A stretch of DNA of 64,000 bases from IMG/VR virus record IMGVR_UViG_3300032226_000829; one strand, written 5' to 3'. Under the pieces are notes generated by a model. The model was not told where the DNA came from and made no database searches. It was given only the letters and a program-made list of their open reading frames with translations. Made by a program: the position numbers and the translations under genes. The stretch is from a virus (Duplodnaviria > Caudoviricetes). Below, in pieces: positions 18,133 to 27,454 of this stretch (positions are counted from its first letter, which is position 1; each line of letters opens with the position of its first letter).

Positions 18133-18796
18133 ACATAACCTTTATGTTAAATCCACAAGTGTCTACCAGTTTGTTCACTTGTGGTAGATGAGTGCGTTCT
18201 ATTTTAAAACTTATTTCAGTTTCAGAAATTTTTTTAAATTTATTCATACATCCTTGTTTGTTTAATCTATTTAAAACTATGGAAAAACTATGATCAAACA
18301 AATATCTTAGATTGTATGGAGGATCATTAACTATAATTTTGACCGAACACGGATCTTTTAGTTCTACTTTGTTTAATAATTTTCTTACCACAAGTTGAAT
18401 GCGTGATTTATATCCCAAATTAGCAGCAGAATGTATGCGACCAGCATCCATAAGATACACTGTGTTGTCCACTTCAGTGGGGTACATTTTTAAATTTTTT
18501 AAATCATACAGATAACTGTGTTCACCTTGCAGTGTCAAATGGTATCGGTCATCTATGTCAGCATGAGCACAATAACTTTCACCTGGCTCTAATACAATTA
18601 TTCTTGCTTCACCCACAGATCCCAGTTGAGCAAACAGATCCACAATGGCGGGCTTTTTGAATTCATCTTTCAACTGCCAAGCATCATAGAAAAAATCTCC
18701 AGTGGGTTTATTCAATTGAGTTTTTGGTAAATCCAAAATTGGTAAACTGTTAAAAATTTCTTTGGCTGAACATGTTATATTAATTTGGTCAAGCAT
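18113..18796 (-). CDS. aspartyl/asparaginyl beta-hydroxylase-like 2OG-Fe(II) oxygenase with a C-terminal extension
   Basis: LEPGESYCAHADIDDRYHL, IHSAAN, RIQLVV. Confidence 0.7.
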   Translation of the reverse strand: MLDQINITCSAKEIFNSLPILDLPKTQLNKPTGDFFYDAWQLKDEFKKPAIVDLFAQLGSVGEARIIVLEPGESYCAHADIDDRYHLTLQGEHSYLYDLKNLKMYPTEVDNTVYLMDAGRIHSAANLGYKSRIQLVVRKLLNKVELKDPCSVKIIVNDPPYNLRYLFDHSFSIVLNRLNKQGCMNKFKKISETEISFKIERTHLPQVNKLVDTCGFNIKVMYDEILE

Positions 18797-18801
18797 AGCT
18801 G

Positions 18802-18845
18802 TACTTATCGTGAAAAATTATGTGGGCAGTTAATTACGATAAATA
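18802..18845. promoter_or_regulatory. divergent late-promoter cores (TAAGTA on - at 18802-18807; TAAATA on + at 18840-18845)
   Basis: Both lie in the gap between divergent genes 18796(-) and 18859(+). Confidence 0.55.
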
Positions 18846-18858
18846 CTCTGTCCATACT

Positions 18859-19902
18859 ATGTCCAATTTCGAGCAGTCAAATTTCAGTGATGAATCGTCA
18901 GTCAATGCTGGCCAATCATCTGAACAGTTAATCAGGATACAGAGCAACCAAAAAAAAGATAGTTTTAGGATAGAATTATTCCTCAGCAACAGATGCAACT
19001 ACAAGTGCTGGTATTGTTTTCCAGGATCCAATGAAGGCACACATGGTTGGCCTGATCTTGAAATAATCAAAAAGAATCTTTCCCATCTTATTGAACACTA
19101 CAAAAAAAATATTGGCAAAAAAGATTTCTATCTGCACCTCATAGGAGGTGAACCCACCATATGGAAAGATTTTGGAGAATTTACCAAATATTTCAAAGAA
19201 CAATTCAACTGTTTGATTAGCATGAGCACCAATGGATCACGCACACTGAGATGGTGGGAAGAATATGGTCATTACAATGACATTGTGATGCTGAGCTGTC
19301 ATCATGAAAGAGTGGACGTGCCACATATTGTTGCTGTGGCAGATTTATTGTATAAAAAAGGAGTCAGCGTGGATGCTAACGTGCTGATGGATCCACATGC
19401 TTGGGATAAATGTGTGGCCATAGTGGAGCAGTTAAAATCCAGCCGAAAAAAATGGGCTATAAATGTGTTGGAGATTTATCACAGCACAGTGAATTATAAT
19501 GCAGAACAAAAGAAATATCTCAGTGACTGCAACAAAAGAAATCCGTCATTTTTTCAACTGTTCAATTGGAAAAAAAGAAGGTTTGAAAAATTCAATTCCA
19601 CTCCCACATTACATTTTAACAATAAGAAAAAGAAAAGAGTATTACAAAATTATCTTTCATTGAACAGTATGAACAATTTTGAAGGATGGCAGTGCAATGT
19701 GGGTGTGGACACCATACAGATCGACAAGCATGGATTAATCAAAGGCTCTTGTGGCAATCGTCTTTATAATTTAAATCGTTCATTCAATCTGTTCAACCAT
19801 GATTTTACTGATAACTTTTACCCTGATATTGTGCCCACAATTTGTGAAAGAAAACGTTGTACTTGTCAACCCGAAATCAACTGCAATAAAAAAACTTTAT
19901 GA
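18859..19902 (+). CDS. radical SAM enzyme with a C-terminal Cys cluster (SPASM/twitch-like)
   Basis: CNYKCWYC, GGEPT, STNGS, WQCNVG...GSC...C-x4-CTC; start moved from 18820 to ATG 18859, downstream of TAAATA. Confidence 0.88.
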   Translation: MSNFEQSNFSDESSVNAGQSSEQLIRIQSNQKKDSFRIELFLSNRCNYKCWYCFPGSNEGTHGWPDLEIIKKNLSHLIEHYKKNIGKKDFYLHLIGGEPTIWKDFGEFTKYFKEQFNCLISMSTNGSRTLRWWEEYGHYNDIVMLSCHHERVDVPHIVAVADLLYKKGVSVDANVLMDPHAWDKCVAIVEQLKSSRKKWAINVLEIYHSTVNYNAEQKKYLSDCNKRNPSFFQLFNWKKRRFEKFNSTPTLHFNNKKKKRVLQNYLSLNSMNNFEGWQCNVGVDTIQIDKHGLIKGSCGNRLYNLNRSFNLFNHDFTDNFYPDIVPTICERKRCTCQPEINCNKKTL

Positions 19903-20720
19903 GTAACACAGAGCAATTAAAAACAATTTACGAAACCAGTGTGTTCAAAAACATATTGCATCTAGTTGATGATGTGTATTTTCCTTTGGCCAGCCAGTGG
20001 AAAAACATTGGCGTCAGTGTGAGTGGTGGTGCTGACAGTGCTTTAATGGCATATCTGCTGTGTGATTTGATTGACAAAAATCAGTTGAATATCACTGTGC
20101 ATATTATTACCAATGTTAGATGTTGGAAAACCAGACCTTGGCAGCGTCATAACAGCATGGAAGTTTATAACTGGTTGACTGATGAATTTAAAAACATAAA
20201 ATTTAAAAGACACGAAAATTTTATTGCTCCTGAACTGGAATGGGGATCCAAAGGACCCAGCATTGTGGATGAATATGGTAGATTAAAGAGTGGCAATCAA
20301 ATAGAACTAAGAGCACATGCTGAATATGTGGCTCACACAAAAAAATTAGATGCTTGGTACTGTGGAGTGACCAAGAATCCCGATAAAGAATTTGATCATC
20401 GTCTCACTGACAGAGATGTGTTGCTCGACACATTGTCTGACACAGTGCTGGACAGATTAATCAAAGCACACATGGGCGGCTATGCTTGTCACCCTTTCAC
20501 TTATGTGCAGAAAGATTGGATAGTTGCCCAATATAAAAAATTAGGCATAATGGACCTATTTGATCTCACTCGCAGTTGTGAAGGTGACCGCGACACATCA
20601 CCTAAAATCTTTGGAGACTTGGACTACAGGACTTATGTGCCGGGGCAGCCCGTGCCTGTGTGTGGAGAATGTTTTTGGTGTCAAGAGCGACAATGGGGAG
20701 TAGACAGTGTCAGACCATAA
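19899..20720 (+). CDS. QueC-like PP-loop ATPase (adenine nucleotide alpha-hydrolase)
   Basis: SVSGGADS PP-loop; TRSC...CGECFWCQER Zn-binding motif as in QueC. Confidence 0.72.
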   Translation: MSNTEQLKTIYETSVFKNILHLVDDVYFPLASQWKNIGVSVSGGADSALMAYLLCDLIDKNQLNITVHIITNVRCWKTRPWQRHNSMEVYNWLTDEFKNIKFKRHENFIAPELEWGSKGPSIVDEYGRLKSGNQIELRAHAEYVAHTKKLDAWYCGVTKNPDKEFDHRLTDRDVLLDTLSDTVLDRLIKAHMGGYACHPFTYVQKDWIVAQYKKLGIMDLFDLTRSCEGDRDTSPKIFGDLDYRTYVPGQPVPVCGECFWCQERQWGVDSVRP

Positions 20721-22125
20721 CGAATATTGGATGAATCCTGAAGATTCACAACTGGGCAAATGGCAGAGAGAAATAGAATCTGTCACAGGCACACCCACCT
20801 ATTGCATATTGCCTTGGATACATTTTGCCACTAGACCCAATGGTGATATGAGGCTGTGTTGTTCAGCCAATGCCAGTGGTGCTGGATCAGATCACACAGT
20901 GGGGATTATTAAAAAAGAAGATGGCACACCTGCCAACTTTGGTGTGGACACTCCCATGAGTGCTTGGAACAATGATTATATGAAAAGTGTGCGTACCACC
21001 ATGCTGAAAGGTCAGATACCTGCCAGTTGTCGCAAGTGTTTTGATGAAGAACGTGTGGGTGTGGTGAGCAAAAGAATATGGGAAACTGGCACATGGCATC
21101 GAGACGGTGTGGATGTGCCTGAACTGATACGTCAAACCCAAGAAGATGGCACAGTGCCTGAAAAATTATTGTATTTGGATCTGCGTTTGGGACACACTTG
21201 TAATATCAAATGTGTGATGTGTTCTCCACATGACAGCAGCAAATGGGTGAATGATTGGCAACAACTGATGCCACAATTACAAAACAAAGAAGTCAAAGAC
21301 CAAATACAATGGGATCGAAAAGAATTCAACAACTTCTGGCATGAAAAAGATACATTCTGGCAGGAAATGTACAAACAAATACCCAATCTCAAACAGGTGT
21401 ATTTTGCTGGTGGTGAACCATTGATGATCAAAGAACACAAAACTTTTATAGAGGAGATCATAAGACAAGGTTATCAAGATCGTATATTGTTGCGTTACAA
21501 TTCCAATGGTATATTAGTGGATGAAGATTTAATCCAGTTATGGAGTAAATTTAAAAAAGTTAAATTTGCTGTGAGCATGGATGCCACACATCAGCGTGAT
21601 GAATACATACGCTTTCCCACACAATGGGACACAGTAGAAAAGAATTTACACATGTTGGACAATACTCCTGACAACATACAAGTGAGTTTAGCCACTGCCA
21701 TACAAATTTTCAATATCAAACACTTGCCTGATTTTATGAAATGGAAAATACAGAGCGGATTTAAAAAATTAAATGTGGGCACTGTGCCTGGTGGAGTACA
21801 AATGGGTGGTGGATTGGTTAACATGCATTTATTATACATACCAACTTTTTTAAGCATACAAATATTACCCCGAGAAGACAAACAACAAATAAGAGAACTG
21901 TTTATGGATTTTAAAGATTGGTTGAGGCACAATTATAGACAGGACGATGATTTTTGGAAAACTAATCCTTATGGATGGAGACGTTGGGAAGCAGTGTTGA
22001 TGCACATGGAAGCCAAAGATAATTCTAGATTGTTGCCAGGCTTTAAAGAATATGTGAACAAATTGGATGCTATCAGAGGATTGAGTGCTGCTAAAATTTT
22101 TCCTGAATTAGCACATCTTTTATAG
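20707..22125 (+). CDS. radical SAM enzyme with an N-terminal twitch/SPASM-like Cys module
   Basis: YCILPW...LCC...CRKC, then CNIKCVMC, FAGGEP, YNSNG. Confidence 0.9.
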   Translation: MSDHNEYWMNPEDSQLGKWQREIESVTGTPTYCILPWIHFATRPNGDMRLCCSANASGAGSDHTVGIIKKEDGTPANFGVDTPMSAWNNDYMKSVRTTMLKGQIPASCRKCFDEERVGVVSKRIWETGTWHRDGVDVPELIRQTQEDGTVPEKLLYLDLRLGHTCNIKCVMCSPHDSSKWVNDWQQLMPQLQNKEVKDQIQWDRKEFNNFWHEKDTFWQEMYKQIPNLKQVYFAGGEPLMIKEHKTFIEEIIRQGYQDRILLRYNSNGILVDEDLIQLWSKFKKVKFAVSMDATHQRDEYIRFPTQWDTVEKNLHMLDNTPDNIQVSLATAIQIFNIKHLPDFMKWKIQSGFKKLNVGTVPGGVQMGGGLVNMHLLYIPTFLSIQILPREDKQQIRELFMDFKDWLRHNYRQDDDFWKTNPYGWRRWEAVLMHMEAKDNSRLLPGFKEYVNKLDAIRGLSAAKIFPELAHLL

Positions 22126-22783
22126 CCTTAAACACAGCAGCATCACCTTCCGGTCCCATGTGATTCACTGTGAAATGAAATATATCATTCAACCAATGAT
22201 TTTCAAATTTATGTCTAAAAGAATCTGTTCTACAACTGATATAAAACAAAGGTGTACGCATTTCTATTCCATGTTTCCAATCATGTAAAAATTTAATGTC
22301 TTTTAATTCTGCTTTGGGCCAATCATGTATACGTATGTCTCCAAAACTCCAAAGATGTATGATTTTTCCAGATACTTTGCTGAGATATTCATGATCCAAC
22401 CAATATGCTGTGGCTGTGAATTCCATTCTTTCTTTGTTCCAATCACGCAAATGTTCTATGTACATCTGTGCTGCTTTAGATCTAGGATCGTCTTTTTTGT
22501 ATGCTTTAGGACCTGTAAAATCTCCTTTGTGATGATATATTCTGTAAGGTTCGGTCCAGCAGAACACTGTGTAATCTAAATTTTTATATTGATCAAAGTT
22601 TTTTGTGTAATCTATCACTGTGGTCCAATAGCTGGAACCTCCCACTCCATTGTGAACAACTTTGCTGTCCAAATGATCTGCTAATTGTCCCATCCAATTT
22701 TGTTTTTCAGCATAGGAACAAAAACTATCTCCAAAAAATCCTATCTGCTTTTGGGCACCTGTACGTCCGCGATACATACACAT
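22091..22783 (-). CDS. SGNH/GDSL hydrolase-like protein (possible O-acyl esterase/transferase)
   Basis: FFGDSF block I, GVGGSS block II, NHMGPEG terminal His. Confidence 0.6.
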   Translation of the reverse strand: MCMYRGRTGAQKQIGFFGDSFCSYAEKQNWMGQLADHLDSKVVHNGVGGSSYWTTVIDYTKNFDQYKNLDYTVFCWTEPYRIYHHKGDFTGPKAYKKDDPRSKAAQMYIEHLRDWNKERMEFTATAYWLDHEYLSKVSGKIIHLWSFGDIRIHDWPKAELKDIKFLHDWKHGIEMRTPLFYISCRTDSFRHKFENHWLNDIFHFTVNHMGPEGDAAVFKAIKDVLIQEKF

Positions 22784-23721
22784 CTCCTTTGATTACAAAT
22801 GATTGATTTTGTGGGAAATTCAAATTCTTCATTGTATTTTTTTCCAACAAAATTATTTAATTCAACTCTACAGCCTGCTCCCAAATACATGCGTTTGTCA
22901 TAATTTATGTATATTCTATTGATGCCTGCGTCGCATTTGAACCCACTCCAGTCCACAATGTCATGAGTAACTGCCCAATAAGGATCAAAATCTTTGATGC
23001 CTTCCTCAGTGACCATGTACATGTCTCTGTTCAATTTGGAATCCACTCTTGGGCTGATTCTTGTTTGTGCTCTGATAGGAGCTTGAAAAATTTGTTTTTG
23101 TTCTGTAGTGTAAGGATATAAATCTCTTTCTTCTGCAGTGTCTGATTCCCAAGTGTGATGCAAAGGTTTGGCTTGTATGCCCCATTGTTTGTGCTGACTG
23201 TTTTTTAACACTTCTACTATTTCCAAACATCTATTCCAATCGTTGGGCTTCATCATCACATGACAGATGCTGTCGATTTTTTGTTCTATCAGATTATCAC
23301 ACACTGCCACAATGTGATTGGGATCCACAAATTCCGGATGTATGCTGAAATGCACAGCAAAAAAATTTTTAGCATGCTCCTGCCACCAGTGTAATTTTCT
23401 GCTGCCATTGGTAATGGGTATGATATAATTATTGGGTTTGGAATTTATGTAAACACACAACTCGGCAAAATCCTTGTATAGTGTGGGTTCACCCCCACCA
23501 AATTTCCAAATGTAATCTGTGATACCTAGGTTGCTGTAATGATTGTGCAACTTGTCTATGAATGTTTTGCTTTCATCCAAGTTTATCCAAGGAAAACTAT
23601 TGTTGTGCAGTATGGGCAGGCAGTATGAACAATTGTAATTGCAAGTGTTGCCCAGTGTCCATTCAATTTGTAGCACACGATTAAATTCTTTAAATTTATA
23701 ATCTATTTTTTCAATCAGCAT
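22741..23721 (-). CDS. radical SAM enzyme with a C-terminal Cys cluster
   Basis: CNYNCSYC, GGGEPT, TNGSR, FKCDAG...C...C-x4-CVC-x-AD. Confidence 0.88.
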   Translation of the reverse strand: MLIEKIDYKFKEFNRVLQIEWTLGNTCNYNCSYCLPILHNNSFPWINLDESKTFIDKLHNHYSNLGITDYIWKFGGGEPTLYKDFAELCVYINSKPNNYIIPITNGSRKLHWWQEHAKNFFAVHFSIHPEFVDPNHIVAVCDNLIEQKIDSICHVMMKPNDWNRCLEIVEVLKNSQHKQWGIQAKPLHHTWESDTAEERDLYPYTTEQKQIFQAPIRAQTRISPRVDSKLNRDMYMVTEEGIKDFDPYWAVTHDIVDWSGFKCDAGINRIYINYDKRMYLGAGCRVELNNFVGKKYNEEFEFPTKSIICNQRRCVCIADVQVPKSR

Positions 23722-24622
23722 TGTTCAATTTGGTTATGTTTATGTCTGCAGCACAAGTGCACCATGTGCGAGTGCAGTCAACTGAGGTTGTGGGTTTTAT
23801 AAAAGTGTCTTGATAAATGTTGCCCAAACTGCCACCCACTCTACAAGTAGCTCGGTGAACTTCACCATCCCAATTGATCATTAAACTTTCCACACCAGCC
23901 ATACAACTCCATCCTTGGAATTGATTGGTTTTATTGATCAGCAAATCATTCACATTGCATTCCACTGTGTTGTCTATGAGAGTATTTTTTGGTGGTGTGT
24001 GATTGCTTACTGCCAAAAATTCTTTCTCTTCTTCACTGTAATGAATCATGTCTTCAAAATCATCGTGTGTTTTGGTCCAGCGTATGGGTCTTAATGCATA
24101 GCGTATGCCCGCATCTAAAAGAGCCTTGCAAGCGTCTTTAACGTCTTTTAAACGCCCTGGTAGCATCATCATATGCACTAGAACATTTTTGTTGGCAGAC
24201 TGTGTGTAAACCTTGATAATTGTGTTTATCACCTTCAGCCAATCAGATTCCAAATGCACACTGAACACAATGTGATTGATATAATTTTCCAAAATATTTT
24301 GGTAGAATTCCACAGTTCTGGTACCATTGGTGGTGACATTGATCCAACCAATTTTATTTTTAGCATGTTGTAATAACTGTTCTATGTGTGGATGCACACA
24401 AGGTTCACCGCCAGTCAAACTGATTCTCACATTGGGTATAACGCTCAATGTGTCCACAGTGCGTTTCAGTATTTTTATATCAGTGTGTTCACTGTGATTG
24501 TCATGTATTTCAGCTGGACAATAGCTGCAATCCAAATTGCATCGTTTGCCAAGATTCCATTCCACTTTGACACTGTTTCTGATATGAGGATGTAAATGTT
24601 CTACCTTAAACATAATCAGCAA
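23711..24622 (-). CDS. radical SAM enzyme with a C-terminal Cys cluster
   Basis: CNLDCSYC, TGGEP, TTNGT, WSCMAG...ATC...C-x4-CTCAAD. Confidence 0.88.
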   Translation of the reverse strand: MLIMFKVEHLHPHIRNSVKVEWNLGKRCNLDCSYCPAEIHDNHSEHTDIKILKRTVDTLSVIPNVRISLTGGEPCVHPHIEQLLQHAKNKIGWINVTTNGTRTVEFYQNILENYINHIVFSVHLESDWLKVINTIIKVYTQSANKNVLVHMMMLPGRLKDVKDACKALLDAGIRYALRPIRWTKTHDDFEDMIHYSEEEKEFLAVSNHTPPKNTLIDNTVECNVNDLLINKTNQFQGWSCMAGVESLMINWDGEVHRATCRVGGSLGNIYQDTFIKPTTSVDCTRTWCTCAADINITKLNNAD

Positions 24623-25874
24623 ACTCCGGATTTATTTTTTCAAAAGGTCCTTGATTTCTTGTGATGTCTAATTTACGATTAAAGTCCACACAATCCATCC
24701 AGTATTGATTAAGATCTCTGGCTTTTAAAAAATTAATGTTGTCCTGTATTTGTTGTAGAGTAATTTTTTCCAATATTGGATGCTGTTGGACCAATGCATA
24801 ATCTTTAATTCGAGGTTTCATTGCTTCCAGTTTGTCTATCACTTGATTTTTTAATTTTGCTGGCAACACTTGAGCACTCAATGCTCGGGGATAGTTTACT
24901 CTGTGACTGTAAAACACAATGCCCAAATCATTTAAAAAGTAATCAATCACACGGTCTATTTGCATGATATTGTTGGCTTGCACTGTGAATGCTCCCACTA
25001 TTCTACTCACTGTGGGTATTTGTTTCATTATTTTTATGTTGTTGACCACATCCATAAACTTGCCATTTCCTCGGATATATTCATAAGTGTCAAAGATTCC
25101 ATCAATACTCACATTCACTGCCACACTTTTGAATCGGGGCCAGTAGTCTTGTATGGTTCTTCCACCTTTGATGCCCAACACTGTGCCATTGGTAGCATAT
25201 TTGATTTCAATGTTGGATCCATTTTCACTCAATAGGTCTAATATTTTATAATGTGTGGGATCCATCAGAGGTTCGCCACCAGCAAATTCCACACGTTTAA
25301 AATGAGGAATAAGTTTTTTTAAATTATCCCAAAAATGTGGTTTATCTTCAAACAGATCCACATGCGGCGCCTGTGTCAGACCCAGATCTTCCACTGCTTT
25401 GACCAAGTAATTGTTTTCTTTCTTGTAATGATCCACAATACTGTTCCAGTCTTTCCATTGTGTACTGTCCAATGGATTACACATACGACATTTTAAGTTG
25501 CACAAGTTATTAATTTTGATTTCCATAGTGGGTAATTCAAAAGGCATGGTATAATCTTCTTTTAAACTGTCCAAAGCTGTGGGATATAGATTGATTCTAG
25601 ATTCAGGCATATTATCACTGATGTGTCTTTGTCTCAAACTCTGAACTCCTTGATCTTCCAGATCAAAACAAGGCGCACACACATCAGGTCGTTCATTGTT
25701 CAACACCTGACGTCGCACTTCTTTCATCTTTTCATTGTTCCATGCTTGTTCCATGGTTTCATTTTGTATGTTACTGATGGGTAAACTTCTGCAACACACT
25801 TTGATAGCACCATCTTCTCTGGTGGCCAATCCTGTGAATGGGTGCATACAAAATGTACAGCTTTTATTTTTCAT
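24606..25874 (-). CDS. radical SAM enzyme with an N-terminal twitch/SPASM-like module (paralog of 20707..22125)
   Basis: FCMHPF...VCC...CAPC, CNLKCRMC, FAGGEP, YATNG. Confidence 0.9.
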   Translation of the reverse strand: MKNKSCTFCMHPFTGLATREDGAIKVCCRSLPISNIQNETMEQAWNNEKMKEVRRQVLNNERPDVCAPCFDLEDQGVQSLRQRHISDNMPESRINLYPTALDSLKEDYTMPFELPTMEIKINNLCNLKCRMCNPLDSTQWKDWNSIVDHYKKENNYLVKAVEDLGLTQAPHVDLFEDKPHFWDNLKKLIPHFKRVEFAGGEPLMDPTHYKILDLLSENGSNIEIKYATNGTVLGIKGGRTIQDYWPRFKSVAVNVSIDGIFDTYEYIRGNGKFMDVVNNIKIMKQIPTVSRIVGAFTVQANNIMQIDRVIDYFLNDLGIVFYSHRVNYPRALSAQVLPAKLKNQVIDKLEAMKPRIKDYALVQQHPILEKITLQQIQDNINFLKARDLNQYWMDCVDFNRKLDITRNQGPFEKINPEFADYV

Positions 25875-26478
25875 TTTTCTTTCCTATAATCATAAATCTT
25901 TTGTATTTTTCTGTTTGTAATTCGCTGGGCTCCACAATAGGATACAGTTTGCTATTGCTCACAAACTGATTCAAATCTTTCATAGGGTTCACATGTTCAG
26001 GAATCACAAAGTCATTGCTTTGGCACACAATAATTTTGTCCTCAGGTATTAGTTTCAACCATTCATTGTATTGTTCTGGCGTTAAATGTTCACACACTGT
26101 GTTAATAATCATGTCATAACGACTGTAATCTTTATAAGTGAGCATGTCTTGAGTAATAGCATGGAATCTACCAGACATTTCATACTGTTTGTTCATGGTG
26201 TTGGCTGTGTTTTCACACTTGCTGTCTATATCCATGCTGGTTATTTGGTTCACATACAGATCACTGTTGAACAAAAGTGTGGCCATCACTCCATACCATC
26301 CACCACAAATTAAAATATCCATGCTGTGTGCTCTGGGTAATTTTTTTAATTGTTCAATCAACCATACTTTGCTGTTGATTTGACCTTTCCAGAAACTTTC
26401 CAATGTACGATATCTGTCATCAGATTGTCTGATAGCATCCATCCAAAATAAAACGTCTTGTATATTAATTTTCAACAA
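25864..26478 (-). CDS. class I SAM-dependent methyltransferase-like protein
   Basis: ILICGGWYG motif I, ITSMDID, IINTVCEH. Confidence 0.72.
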   Translation of the reverse strand: MLKINIQDVLFWMDAIRQSDDRYRTLESFWKGQINSKVWLIEQLKKLPRAHSMDILICGGWYGVMATLLFNSDLYVNQITSMDIDSKCENTANTMNKQYEMSGRFHAITQDMLTYKDYSRYDMIINTVCEHLTPEQYNEWLKLIPEDKIIVCQSNDFVIPEHVNPMKDLNQFVSNSKLYPIVEPSELQTEKYKRFMIIGKKNEK

Positions 26479-27454
26479 ATTGTGCTCCTAGTTTATCAAA
26501 TGAACCACACTGCTTGGTGCATTCTTTCAATCCCACTGTGCTCCATTGTGTTTCTATTTTTGAAAAAAATCCATTATCAAATATTTCTTTCAATGTTTCG
26601 CGATGTAAGTTGGGAAATTCAGAAATTTTTTCCATATAATCCACTCTAGATTCTTGCATGGGTGGTATCCATTCCATATCCAACCAACAGCAAGGCGACA
26701 CATTACCACAAGCACTCACATACAACTGTTTGTATTTTTGTGCTTTGCACACAATGTGTGGTTTAACTTCTTTTTGTGCTGCTTCAGACAACGGAATCAT
26801 ATTCAAACTGGTTTGAGTGGGTTTGATTCTGTGTGTGGGTCTACCCATATCATCAATCACTTGTAAATAATCCTGTTTGAATCTAGAAGTGTGTTTGATT
26901 GAGAAATCCGCAAAGCCCATTTGTTTACTCATAGTTCTTGCTTCTTCAATTTGGTGTTCATTGTGATCAAACACCAGCATGTGCCATTTGGCCACTCCAC
27001 CTGCTGAGATAAATGCTCGAGCATTTTCAATTATTTTATTGAAATCTGTACTGATTCTATAAAGATGATGGGTATCTGCCAAACCATCAATGCCAAATGT
27101 CACTTTTACTTTCAATTGAGCCAATCTTTGCCACCATTCGGTATCTCTAGCACTGCCGTTGGTGTGCATGGCTAATCTAATGTTGGGATTTAGCTCACGC
27201 AAGTATTGATATATTTCCAATGTGTCTTTGGATATGATGGGATCTCCCAAGTTACCACACATGAATAAACTGTCCAATTGTTTTATAAAATCTGGTTCAA
27301 ACCATTGTTTGAATACGCCCAAAGTTATTTCGTCCAATTTGATAAATGGATTTATTGGTCCTCCACTGATTCTTCTGGGACACATGGGACACTTGGCTTG
27401 ACACTTGCTGGTGATTTCCAAATGAATATCTCTTATATCTTGATATCTATACAT
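26465..27454 (-). CDS. radical SAM enzyme with a C-terminal SPASM/twitch domain
   Basis: CQAKCPMC, CGNLGDP, HTNGS, VCKA...GNVSPCC...C-x3-C. Confidence 0.88.
   Translation of the reverse strand: MYRYQDIRDIHLEITSKCQAKCPMCPRRISGGPINPFIKLDEITLGVFKQWFEPDFIKQLDSLFMCGNLGDPIISKDTLEIYQYLRELNPNIRLAMHTNGSARDTEWWQRLAQLKVKVTFGIDGLADTHHLYRISTDFNKIIENARAFISAGGVAKWHMLVFDHNEHQIEEARTMSKQMGFADFSIKHTSRFKQDYLQVIDDMGRPTHRIKPTQTSLNMIPLSEAAQKEVKPHIVCKAQKYKQLYVSACGNVSPCCWLDMEWIPPMQESRVDYMEKISEFPNLHRETLKEIFDNGFFSKIETQWSTVGLKECTKQCGSFDKLGAQFVEN

Noticed and set aside
19899-20720. Assigning the symbol queC and a 7-deazaguanine DNA modification system
   Set aside because: Motifs are QueC-like, but no folE, queD, queE-type or dpdA gene is present in the window.
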